Program-made: the position numbers and the translations under genes
Part shown: piece by piece, positions 28,813 to 37,204 of the stretch
Position numbering within the stretch: position 1 is the first letter of the stretch
Layout of the letters: each line of letters starts with the position of its first letter
The notes under the pieces: model-generated
The model's database searches: none
What the model saw: only the letters and a program-made list of their open reading frames with translations
Told to the model about the DNA's origin: nothing
NCBI GenBank assembly: GCA_032128875.1
Contig: JAVLKG010000002.1
Location: 576,001 to 640,000, forward strand
Origin: Candidatus Melainabacteria bacterium 17Bon1m
GTDB lineage: Bacteria; Cyanobacteriota; Vampirovibrionia; Obscuribacterales; Obscuribacteraceae
Direction of reading: 5' to 3'
Length of the DNA stretch: 64,000 nucleotides

Positions 28813-29664
28813 ATGATCCCGACTAAAGCAAGCGAAAGAGAATCGTTCACTCTCACTAAAGTTGAAATTGAAGGCATCCCAAACGCGCATATATTGGAGA
28901 GCGACTCAATAGATAGTTTGCTGGTGGCACCCGGGCGTCACTTGCTTGGTTATCGGCGCCAATTGGCTGCTTTCACTGCGACCGTCACTTGGATTGATGC
29001 GCTCCATGCGGCAAAGGAATTGCCGGAAAATTTAAACGAACTCTGCACCGTAACCGTGATGGCTGAGGGATGTGGTCACAACCTTCCGACGGCAGTCGGG
29101 TGTGCTCTCGATGGCGCTCATTATCGCGGTGACAATTGGATTGGTGTCAGCCGTTTTGCATTACCTAATAAAGAAGGGCAAGACTACACAGACTTCGATG
29201 CGAAAGTAACGTACATGCGCATGCACTCTGCAGCGCCTGTTTGGTTGATGCTGGATACAATCGCTACCGGCGCTACATTGATAAAAGGTCTGACTGCGAC
29301 TTTTGAAAACTGCAAAAAGCCGAAGCGCATTTTGCTGGCTGCGACTTGCGGCTCGGTTGTCGGAACCCGTAAGATCGTCGAATTTCTGCAGTCGGAAAAA
29401 ATTGAGGTGCACGTGACCTTTTGGGGGGCGGCTTTCGGACTCTGGAATGATGGGACAGGATTGCCGTGGTGCCACCCTGATACGATCATTTCTGGCACCA
29501 CGCGCGGTGTGACAAATCGTCAGATTGCCGGAAGACTTTTCAATGAAATTCCCGGCTTCTGTGCAGTCGGAGATTGCTCAGCCAACTTCTTCGATGTTGA
29601 AGACGCTAAGCGAGTATTAAAGGAAGAAGAGTACAAATTCTCCTGGCGCCTGCCGACATTGTGA
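28813..29664 (+). CDS. Hypothetical type I phosphoribosyltransferase-like protein (distant UPRTase-like)
   Basis: WLMLDTIATGATL resembles the PRPP-binding loop; AVGDCSANFF resembles the UPRT C-terminal GDxG-RxF motif. Confidence 0.5.
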   Translation: MIPTKASERESFTLTKVEIEGIPNAHILESDSIDSLLVAPGRHLLGYRRQLAAFTATVTWIDALHAAKELPENLNELCTVTVMAEGCGHNLPTAVGCALDGAHYRGDNWIGVSRFALPNKEGQDYTDFDAKVTYMRMHSAAPVWLMLDTIATGATLIKGLTATFENCKKPKRILLAATCGSVVGTRKIVEFLQSEKIEVHVTFWGAAFGLWNDGTGLPWCHPDTIISGTTRGVTNRQIAGRLFNEIPGFCAVGDCSANFFDVEDAKRVLKEEEYKFSWRLPTL

Positions 29665-29677
29665 CTTCTGCTCACTC

Positions 29678-29730
29678 GTAGGAGAGCCGCATGCGGCTCC
29701 CTGGCAGGGAAGCGCATGCGCTTCCCCTAC
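29678..29730. repeat. 53-bp REP doublet (REPIN-like), copy 1
   Basis: GTAG-GAGAGCCGCATGCGGCTCCC-TGGCA-GGGAAGCGCATGCGCTTCCC-CTAC; supplies the stop codon of the kinase gene. Confidence 0.85.
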
Positions 29731-31370
29731 GAGAATTGATTAAGGTCTTCTCTGAGCTCTGATGCTTTCAAATAGCGCTTCGGAGCTGACAGAGCTGTTG
29801 ATTTCGCAACAATTTCGTCGATGCTATCGCTTAACCCTTCAATTTGTTTTTTTGGGTGAGAACAGGTTATTGGTTCTGGATCTTCACCCGTCAGTAGGTA
29901 GAACAGCGTTGCACCCATGGAATAAATGTCGCTTTGTGTTGTCGGTTTGCCACGGAATTGCTCTGGTGAAATAAAGCAGTGTTTTCCAACTACCGTGCCA
30001 GTTGCAGTGGACTCCTGCTGCTGTGCGACGTTAAAATCCACAAGTTTCAAAACACCATCTTTGGAAAGGATGAGATTGTCTGGCGTGAAATCTCTATGCA
30101 CCACAGGTGGTTCAAGACCATGAAGATATTCGAGCATGTCGCACATTTGCAATGCGAGCGAACGTACTTCTGTTTCAGTAAGTCGTCCACTTTCGGAAAC
30201 CTTTTGCCGCAACGACTGTCCGTCAATGCGCTCAAGAACCAGATATCCTCTATGATCTTCGATAAAGAAGTCGATCAGTTTTACGATGCGATCGTGATTG
30301 AGTTTGCTCAAAATCTCAGCTTCATTCTGCATTTTCTCCACAGATTGTCTGCGAACATTTACATCCACATAAACTGGAAGGATAAACTCTTTCAATACAA
30401 CCGCATGGTTATTGTCGATTTCTCTTGCTCCGTAGGCAGTGCCTTGCCCTCCGACACCCAGACGACCGAGAATTTCATATTGTGAATCTCTAAGCAAGGC
30501 GCCCTCATGCAGAGGGGTTAAACGCTCGCGTTTTGGGGGTTGTGAAAGAGCTTGCAGCCAAAGTTCTGTATAACCGTGAGTATGCGGTTCAGACAGCATG
30601 TCGGACAGTTCTGGCGCACGCGATGCGTGTGGTGCCCACCTATTAATTGCATCCATAAGTGATTGTCGCGAATCAATGGAAGGCAATGCGCCGTATTTTA
30701 TTTTGAGTGGTTCACCATCAATCGGAGTAAAACAAAGGAGGCTATCCTGTGGTGATGTCTTATTTGGAGGCCACTCAACGCTGATACGCTGCAGGTTTTG
30801 CCAATTGAGAGACTTGTGATACCACTCGCTGCGACGTTTCCAAACGAGGGAAATTCCCTTTCCATTTAGGACGACATGTGTCGGATGTCTCAAATACATG
30901 TACAAAAGCATGAAAATAGCAAGAGCCATCATAATGGTCATCCACAGAATGATCATCACGTTTGATCCAGCGGCGCTTGCGGCAGCAGCCGCTGCAGTCC
31001 CGGTGCCCGGTAAACCTGCAATCAATGTTTGAGTAATCCACTCAATTACTTTGCCGGGACCACCGAAGCCAAAGAACGTCACAACAAGGGTCGTAGCGAA
31101 CCATGTCTTAGGAGCGCTCCATGCAGAGAATCTATGCGCAAGCCACTTCTCCGTGCTCGCAAACGGTTTGTACGGTAATACAACTTCTTGCGTATCTAGG
31201 ACTTCATTCTTCTCTACCGGAATTAAGCTTTTCGCTGCAAGGTCGGCTTCAATTTTTGAGACTTCTTTATTGAAGGCGACCTCGAACTTATTTGCGAGTT
31301 CATCCGGTACGTCAGTTTCTTTCGATTCCGGCGTTTCTTGCTTAGGGTCTAGATTCTCTGTTTCTGTCAT
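29727..31370 (-). CDS. Membrane-anchored Ser/Thr protein kinase
   Basis: TM helices, then LGVGGQG, VLKE, HRDFTPDN, DFN, ISPE, SDIYSMG. Confidence 0.88.
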   Translation of the reverse strand: MTETENLDPKQETPESKETDVPDELANKFEVAFNKEVSKIEADLAAKSLIPVEKNEVLDTQEVVLPYKPFASTEKWLAHRFSAWSAPKTWFATTLVVTFFGFGGPGKVIEWITQTLIAGLPGTGTAAAAAASAAGSNVMIILWMTIMMALAIFMLLYMYLRHPTHVVLNGKGISLVWKRRSEWYHKSLNWQNLQRISVEWPPNKTSPQDSLLCFTPIDGEPLKIKYGALPSIDSRQSLMDAINRWAPHASRAPELSDMLSEPHTHGYTELWLQALSQPPKRERLTPLHEGALLRDSQYEILGRLGVGGQGTAYGAREIDNNHAVVLKEFILPVYVDVNVRRQSVEKMQNEAEILSKLNHDRIVKLIDFFIEDHRGYLVLERIDGQSLRQKVSESGRLTETEVRSLALQMCDMLEYLHGLEPPVVHRDFTPDNLILSKDGVLKLVDFNVAQQQESTATGTVVGKHCFISPEQFRGKPTTQSDIYSMGATLFYLLTGEDPEPITCSHPKKQIEGLSDSIDEIVAKSTALSAPKRYLKASELREDLNQFS

Positions 31371-32884
31371 TGTCCCGGCTCGTGTCCGTTTTTACCATTG
31401 GATTCTTTATTGCTGTTTTTGCCGTTGTCTTTGCCAATACTAGTATCAGTGCCGGTGCCGATTGTCACACGCAAATCTGCGAAGCTCTCTGCCACCGCAA
31501 CGGCAGATTGCGGACGATCAGATTCTTCCATACTTGTTAGTTTGTAGATCAATTCGTTGAGCGCATCGGGTACGTCAGGTCTGAGTTCTTTCGGGTTTGA
31601 TTCCGATAGAGGCTCTGGATCTTTTGCTGTAAGAAGATAATGCAGTGTTCCACCGAGAGCATAAATGTCGCTCAGAGTGCTGGCCTTGCCGCGCAGTTGT
31701 TCTGGCGCCATGTATGCTTGTTTTCCGACTAGAGTTCCGGTTGCTGTACCGACAAATTCGTTCGCTGCACCAAAGTCGATCAGTTTTACAGAACCGTTTT
31801 CATTCAAAACAATATTTTCTGGTGTCAAATCACGGTGAACGATCGGCGGTGCCTGTTCGTGTAAATACTTGAGAATGCCTGCGATCTCGTGCGCCCATTT
31901 CACAACATGGACAGTTGCTTGCGGCCCATTCTGTTTCACGAGTTGTCGTAAGTCTTGCCCGCGTACATATTCAAGCAAGAGATAATGTCTTCCTTCTTCG
32001 TGGAAGTGGTCAAAAACTTTTGCTATCTGGTCATGATCCAAACGAATGAGAAATTGCGCTTCGCGAGCGAACAGCTCCATCGCTTTGTCGCGTGCTTTCT
32101 CCTCGGTGCCTTCTGGTATCACAGCTTCCTTGACGATAACCATGTCTTTCTCGTTTAGCTGCGCAAGATAGATAGCAGACAATCCGCCGAATGCAAGCTG
32201 CTTTACTATCTTGATTCTGCCGTTCTGTAACCTGCGATCTGGTTCTAGCGGCACGAATGCTGTAGCGCTAAACCGTCTGCTCAATTCTTCTTCCCACATC
32301 TGGGTGTAGCTGAGTTTGTCTATGCCGAGATTTTCATTCTGCAACTGATCGTGAAATGCGATTAGCTCCGGCGCTCTGCGGCATTGAGCACCCCAAACTT
32401 CCAGCGACAAGAGCAAACGTTCTAAATCACTACGCTTCAGACTCTTCAAAGGAATATTAACGTGACCGCCTGAATTGAAATGAAGGTCTAACTTTCCTTG
32501 AGGTAGTTTTTCCTTTGATTGGTTTTGCGTATCAGAAATCTGCAAGCGAGCTTCCGATAGATCCGACCAAAGTCTTTCTCTTCGAAATTTGAGCATTGGA
32601 AGAAACAGCAAAGGAAACGAAAATCCTTCTTTGCTGACCAGAAGGCGATCATCTTCGCATATTGCCGCGATAACAATGGAGACGAAAGGAATAGCCATTA
32701 AAACCGTTAGAACAACCGCAGAAATCAACGGTGGAACGGCTTGGGCTTGCAAAAGCATGGAAATGAAAAATCCCAGGCAAAATGGGACCACGATTGCCCA
32801 TAGAGGCATTAGCGCGCCCATGATGAACAAACCTACGCGCTGAGGAGTGCTTTTGTACTCAATTACGACTTCAAGCTCTGACAC
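31367..32884 (-). CDS. Membrane-anchored Ser/Thr protein kinase
   Basis: Two TM helices, then AFGGLS, IVKE, HRDLTPEN, DFG, YMAPE, SDIYALG; 4-bp overlap with its paralog. Confidence 0.88.
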   Translation of the reverse strand: MSELEVVIEYKSTPQRVGLFIMGALMPLWAIVVPFCLGFFISMLLQAQAVPPLISAVVLTVLMAIPFVSIVIAAICEDDRLLVSKEGFSFPLLFLPMLKFRRERLWSDLSEARLQISDTQNQSKEKLPQGKLDLHFNSGGHVNIPLKSLKRSDLERLLLSLEVWGAQCRRAPELIAFHDQLQNENLGIDKLSYTQMWEEELSRRFSATAFVPLEPDRRLQNGRIKIVKQLAFGGLSAIYLAQLNEKDMVIVKEAVIPEGTEEKARDKAMELFAREAQFLIRLDHDQIAKVFDHFHEEGRHYLLLEYVRGQDLRQLVKQNGPQATVHVVKWAHEIAGILKYLHEQAPPIVHRDLTPENIVLNENGSVKLIDFGAANEFVGTATGTLVGKQAYMAPEQLRGKASTLSDIYALGGTLHYLLTAKDPEPLSESNPKELRPDVPDALNELIYKLTSMEESDRPQSAVAVAESFADLRVTIGTGTDTSIGKDNGKNSNKESNGKNGHEPGQ

Positions 32885-32990
32885 TGAAAACCTGCAGGGA
32901 GCTACAAAGACTTTAAACCCAACTATATTCTTCTTATTCTAGCCAAGAGCGAAAAAAAGAAATCGGATTTCGGCAGGTTTTAACGGAAGA

Positions 32991-33866
32991 TCAGTTCTTT
33001 TCAGGGATTTCACTAGAATCTACAAGTTCGCTGGGTAAGCGTTTGGCAATTGCAAAAACTGCCGGAGGGCAGACTCCTGCCAGCCTCTCGAAAATCTTGC
33101 CCGGATGGGTAAGAATGATTTCCTGGCTGCCGCCCTTTTCCATAGCCCTAACGATCTCTGCTGAGCATTCCTCTGAAGTAATTGAAAGGAAACTGCGCAT
33201 TATGAAGCCTTGCAGATCCTTCTTACTGCCGATGGACGTAGGGTTTTTCAGTTTGGAGACGTTGTTTTTGTCAAAAAACTCGGTGCGTACCCAGCCGGGG
33301 CAAACAGTGATTATGTCGATGTTTTTTGGCGCTAATTCCGCAGCCATTCCTTCGGACATACCGGTGAGCGCGAACTTGCTAGCTGCATAGCAAACGCTGC
33401 CAGGAAAAGAGATCTTTCCGGCTACAGAGCTGATGTTGACTATTTTGCCTCTTCCAGCATTTACGAAGTGCGGTAAAACTCCGTACGTAAGGCGCAGTGG
33501 GGCGAAGAAATTGACAGCAAAAACACGCTCCCAATCCTCGACACGAAGTTTCATTATGGTGCCGGGCTTTGCAAGACCAGCGTTATTAACCAACACGTCG
33601 ACGCCGCCAAAGTGCTCCAGGCAAGAGTTTACGGCTGCATCCGTCACCCACTGTTCGCTGACATCGCCTACTACCTTTATAGCTTTGCCGCCGAATTCTT
33701 CGACCGCCTTGCAGGTGGCTTCTAACTGTTCTTCCGAACGGGCATTGAGGACTAATCTGGCTTGATACTTCCTTGCCAGCTCCAACGCCATGGCTTTTCC
33801 GATACCGGAAGAGGCGCCTGTAATGATGCCTTTGAATTGCCCGCTCAGACCGCGCTTAGATGCCAT
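32991..33866 (-). CDS. Short-chain dehydrogenase/reductase
   Basis: TGASSGIG, NNAG, ISSVAG, YAASK, CPGWV. Confidence 0.92.
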   Translation of the reverse strand: MASKRGLSGQFKGIITGASSGIGKAMALELARKYQARLVLNARSEEQLEATCKAVEEFGGKAIKVVGDVSEQWVTDAAVNSCLEHFGGVDVLVNNAGLAKPGTIMKLRVEDWERVFAVNFFAPLRLTYGVLPHFVNAGRGKIVNISSVAGKISFPGSVCYAASKFALTGMSEGMAAELAPKNIDIITVCPGWVRTEFFDKNNVSKLKNPTSIGSKKDLQGFIMRSFLSITSEECSAEIVRAMEKGGSQEIILTHPGKIFERLAGVCPPAVFAIAKRLPSELVDSSEIPEKN

Positions 33867-34026
33867 TGCCCTACCTCGTTATACAGACTCTGACTCAGAG
33901 TTGCTGTTCAGTAAAATTCTCGACGCTCAATTATAGAGCGTCTCCATTCTCACAAAGTTTTCACAGGTCGCATTTACGATGAAATTGAGGGGATATGGGT
34001 TTTTGGTGGGTTTCTAACGAACTGTT

Positions 34027-34572
34027 ATGAATAGCGCGCTTCTGTCCGAATGTTTGCGGGAGCTAAGCGCCAAGCTGGATTCGCGGGACATTTTACTGTC
34101 CGACGCTATCCTGAAGGCGCTTAAAATTCTGCGTATTTTTTATAGCAACGAAAAGTTGCAATTCTTCAATCGTGAATTGCTTGGCTATTTGCAGGAGGAA
34201 ATGGCAGATATTGAAGCAAGTAAAAAGCGAAAAGAGGATGGATTAGTTGTTGAAGAACAGCTAGTCGCGTATAGGTATTTGACCGGCTTCTGGGTGGAAG
34301 AGGCAATTCTGAAACGTGGTGTGAAAACCATTGCGTGTTTGCATACTCAGAAAACAACGCTATTCTGCAATTACGGTGTCGGTGAGATCGAACAAGTAAT
34401 GGCAAAATTGCATTGCGATGATCAAAACTATATCGGGATAAAACTGTCCGAGAGTTCCACACGCGTCTTTCTTTGTCGAGCCAGTCAGATTTATCGCTTG
34501 TATAGCTCTATTCGCCATCAGGTGAAACTGAAGATCGACGAATTAGTGATAGAGCTTCAGCTAATTAAGTGA
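34027..34572 (+). CDS. AbiTii-like domain protein (stand-alone)
   Basis: LSDAILKALKI...QFFNRELLGY...YR...GVGEIE...SQIYRLYSSIRHQV follows the AbiTii pattern as recalled (sdlLrka...W..nEL.GY...YR...i.eiE...i...vr). Confidence 0.55.
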   Translation: MNSALLSECLRELSAKLDSRDILLSDAILKALKILRIFYSNEKLQFFNRELLGYLQEEMADIEASKKRKEDGLVVEEQLVAYRYLTGFWVEEAILKRGVKTIACLHTQKTTLFCNYGVGEIEQVMAKLHCDDQNYIGIKLSESSTRVFLCRASQIYRLYSSIRHQVKLKIDELVIELQLIK

Positions 34573-35110
34573 AGTTAGTATCCCGAAATTTCTCAAAGAG
34601 AATTGGGTATTTAGCCTTAAGTTCTTCTGGACCTTCTAGGAGTTGTTTTGCATCAATTTCTGGCGTTTCTCGGTAGATACTAGATATTGCTTCAAGTGCC
34701 GCATCTTCATCCATTCTTTTTTCTAGCGTCTCATGCACTAGGTAAGAAAACGTTTCTCCTGTAATTAGATATTGCGTGCGAGAAAATGATGCGAGATATT
34801 CAGGATCTGAAAGCGTTCGTTCATAAACATCTCGCCCAAAGACAATCAGCGCTCTGCGGAAATCAGAAAAGTCATCATCCCCCATCCCGTTCTGGATGAT
34901 GTATCCAGCGTTCCAAAGATCTGAAACGTAAGAAGCCTGGTAATAGTCTTCAAACTTGTTGGCAAATTGAAGTAGTTCAACATCAGTGAGTTTGTCCAGC
35001 GCCCTTAGGAGTTGGCTTTTGTGCTGTTCAATTGAATATTCTGATTCATGGGGGAGCGAATCTTCGATCAATTTCCAGAACCAATTTTCGTCTCTGATTA
35101 CTTCTTTCAA
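34565..35110 (-). CDS. DUF4240 domain protein
   Basis: FWKLIE, LWNAGYII, GDDDFSDFRRALI, YERTLSDPE, YPIL. Confidence 0.8.
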   Translation of the reverse strand: MKEVIRDENWFWKLIEDSLPHESEYSIEQHKSQLLRALDKLTDVELLQFANKFEDYYQASYVSDLWNAGYIIQNGMGDDDFSDFRRALIVFGRDVYERTLSDPEYLASFSRTQYLITGETFSYLVHETLEKRMDEDAALEAISSIYRETPEIDAKQLLEGPEELKAKYPILFEKFRDTNFT

Positions 35111-35132
35111 GTCGTTCCCTTTGCCGCAGAGA

Positions 35133-36395
35133 TCACGCTAATAAAATCAACGCTTCGATTCCGTAGAGCGCCATGAGTTCGGAGAATATGGGATTGTAAT
35201 CTTCTTCTTTCAAAACCTCTGTCAATGCGGTAATTGGACGCTTTTCAGAGAGGCGTTTTCTTGTTTCTTCCATTCGCTTTTCACCATATTCGGTGGCGAT
35301 TTGAGTATTTCTTATTTTCCAGCTTCTCAACAAGAAGAGGAGGGCTCTTAAACAGGGAAAAGCAAGAAAGACGCTGACATAGATTAGTTCTTGAGCGTTT
35401 TTGAATCCAAATACTGTCAGCCAGAGAAAGCCTCCAATGAAGATGATCGTTGAGGCCCCGAGTGCGACGAGCGTAAGCGCAATCATCATAGCTTTTCTTG
35501 CTGTCTGGAGAACTCTTAGGCGCCAACTATCTCTGTTCAAAACAATTGCGAGCGTTTCAAATTCTGTGAGATATGGAAGAAATTCTCGCACGGCGAAAAT
35601 TGCGGTGATGAAAAAAGCAGAGATTGCAGCAGAGCCAGTCATTACCGCTGCGGCGAATAGCATTAGTGGAATTCCTGATGCAGTGCCCACTATTGCCAGT
35701 GAAAATAAAAACACGGAAGGAAAGATTGAGATCCCCATAAGCGCAATTTGTGATGCCGCTTTGAGCCTTTGCTCTTCACGTACCAAGTAATTGTTCGCCA
35801 CTAAGTAATCTCTCAACGAAGTGGCAAATGCGTTCTGATAACCAGCAGAAATAAAATCGGCGAGCAACCGCATTACGCCGGCCATCGAGAAATAGCGCTT
35901 CAATTGTCTTGGATCGGCGATGATGTCTTTGACGACAAGCTTGAGAGACTTGGTGATGAAAAGATAGAGGCTATAGATTTTTTTGACAAAACCCACAGGG
36001 TTAGTTTTAAAGTCGGGTGGCAGATATGGATCTGCTTTTTTGATCGCCCACTCTTTTGCAGTTTCTTTTGCAAGAGTCCACATTTTTTTTTCGTACTCTG
36101 CGGGCTCTGGAATTGATGCACCTAATTGCAACTTGGCTGCTCGTTGCAAAAGATCCACGCCCATTACAAGAACCGCATGGTTGGTATCTCCGCCTCTTAG
36201 CATGTAGCCGATTTCGACAGGTCTGAGCTCCGAATTCTGGCTGGTTGCTGACGTTGGAATCAGAGTAGTAGCAGAACTGATCGATGCTCCTTCTTTTTTC
36301 ATTCGCCCTTCGATAGTTGCTGACAGCCAACTGGTCAGCGAAATTACTGCCAAGGAAAATCCGAATGCGTAGAGATAAAGAATGTCGGGCGTCAT
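35133..36395 (-). CDS. Hypothetical multi-TM membrane protein (N-terminus TIGR04222/DUF2207-like)
   Basis: N-terminal TM, LRPVEIGYMLRGG...DLLQR, four further TM helices. Confidence 0.6.
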   Translation of the reverse strand: MTPDILYLYAFGFSLAVISLTSWLSATIEGRMKKEGASISSATTLIPTSATSQNSELRPVEIGYMLRGGDTNHAVLVMGVDLLQRAAKLQLGASIPEPAEYEKKMWTLAKETAKEWAIKKADPYLPPDFKTNPVGFVKKIYSLYLFITKSLKLVVKDIIADPRQLKRYFSMAGVMRLLADFISAGYQNAFATSLRDYLVANNYLVREEQRLKAASQIALMGISIFPSVFLFSLAIVGTASGIPLMLFAAAVMTGSAAISAFFITAIFAVREFLPYLTEFETLAIVLNRDSWRLRVLQTARKAMMIALTLVALGASTIIFIGGFLWLTVFGFKNAQELIYVSVFLAFPCLRALLFLLRSWKIRNTQIATEYGEKRMEETRKRLSEKRPITALTEVLKEEDYNPIFSELMALYGIEALILLA

Positions 36396-36441
36396 TTTGG
36401 TAGAGAAAGACGAGTTTTGTCTTTTATACCCTCAGTGTAGA

Positions 36442-36471
36442 CCAGCACAATCCACAGTGGGATCGTGCTGG
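36442..36471 (-). terminator. Hairpin downstream of the receiver gene
   Basis: ccagcacaatcc-acagtg-ggatcgtgctgg; no clear U-tract. Confidence 0.4.
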
Positions 36472-36500
36472 AGACGACGCTTTGGCGGGAATAAACTTGT

Positions 36501-36920
36501 CTAGCCTGCCATGGTTGCCGGTACATATACCGGTGCCATGGGAGCGACGCGCTTTTGAGCGGCCTTGCGGATGCATTCTGTCAATTCGCTGAGCACTAAT
36601 TTTGGATTGATGTACCCATCGAGATCTTTACCTAGGGCTGACTCCATTGGAGCGATTTCGCTTTCGTGCATTACCAGAATGGATGGATGCGTTGTAGTTG
36701 CCTTGATTTTGGAGGTAATGGCCGGCTGATCTTGGGCCAGCAAGCTGAAGTCGAGAAGGACTACTTCCGGCTGGTGGAAAGTTGTGCATGCAGCGAGTTT
36801 GTCGCCACTGCAAGTGGTGCCCACTACTTCCAAATCTGTATATTGCTCCAACCACAAGAGCAGAGAGACGAGCTTTGCGCCGTCCGGCTGAGCTATGAGC
36901 AGTTTGGTGCGGGGATTCAT
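36501..36920 (-). CDS. Stand-alone response-regulator receiver domain (atypical)
   Basis: LEVVG, PEVVLLDFSL (phospho-Asp), DGYI; first acidic pocket is AQPD; no output domain. Confidence 0.75.
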   Translation of the reverse strand: MNPRTKLLIAQPDGAKLVSLLLWLEQYTDLEVVGTTCSGDKLAACTTFHQPEVVLLDFSLLAQDQPAITSKIKATTTHPSILVMHESEIAPMESALGKDLDGYINPKLVLSELTECIRKAAQKRVAPMAPVYVPATMAG

Positions 36921-37057
36921 GGTTCACTCCAAGGGGGATGCGCAGGGAAGGGATGGAGAGGAAATACGCAAGGTTCGACCGGGACTTACGAAGTAAGTTC
37001 CCGAGCCGTTCTTAACTAGAACACACGAACGAAAATCTAAAGACAACCTAAATATTG

Positions 37058-37069
37058 ATACAAGTGTAT
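37058..37069. promoter_or_regulatory. ATAC-N4-GTAT palindrome (candidate SOS box)
   Basis: ATACAAGTGTAT; minus strand GGTATACACTTGTAT versus the imuA site GGTATACATATGTAT. Confidence 0.45.
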
Positions 37070-37140
37070 ACCTTTATCTAGCGTTTTAGAACATCTAAGT
37101 AGTACCAGCCCATATTGACCCGGAAGTACTCTAGATGCAC

Positions 37141-37152
37141 ATACACTCGTAT
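37141..37152. promoter_or_regulatory. ATAC-N4-GTAT palindrome (candidate SOS box)
   Basis: ATACACTCGTAT, 83 bp from the previous copy. Confidence 0.4.
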
Positions 37153-37204
37153 TTTGACCGAGCTGCCAAGTGAAATTGTAGAGAGAAAGTTAATGCGTTT
37201 TGAA

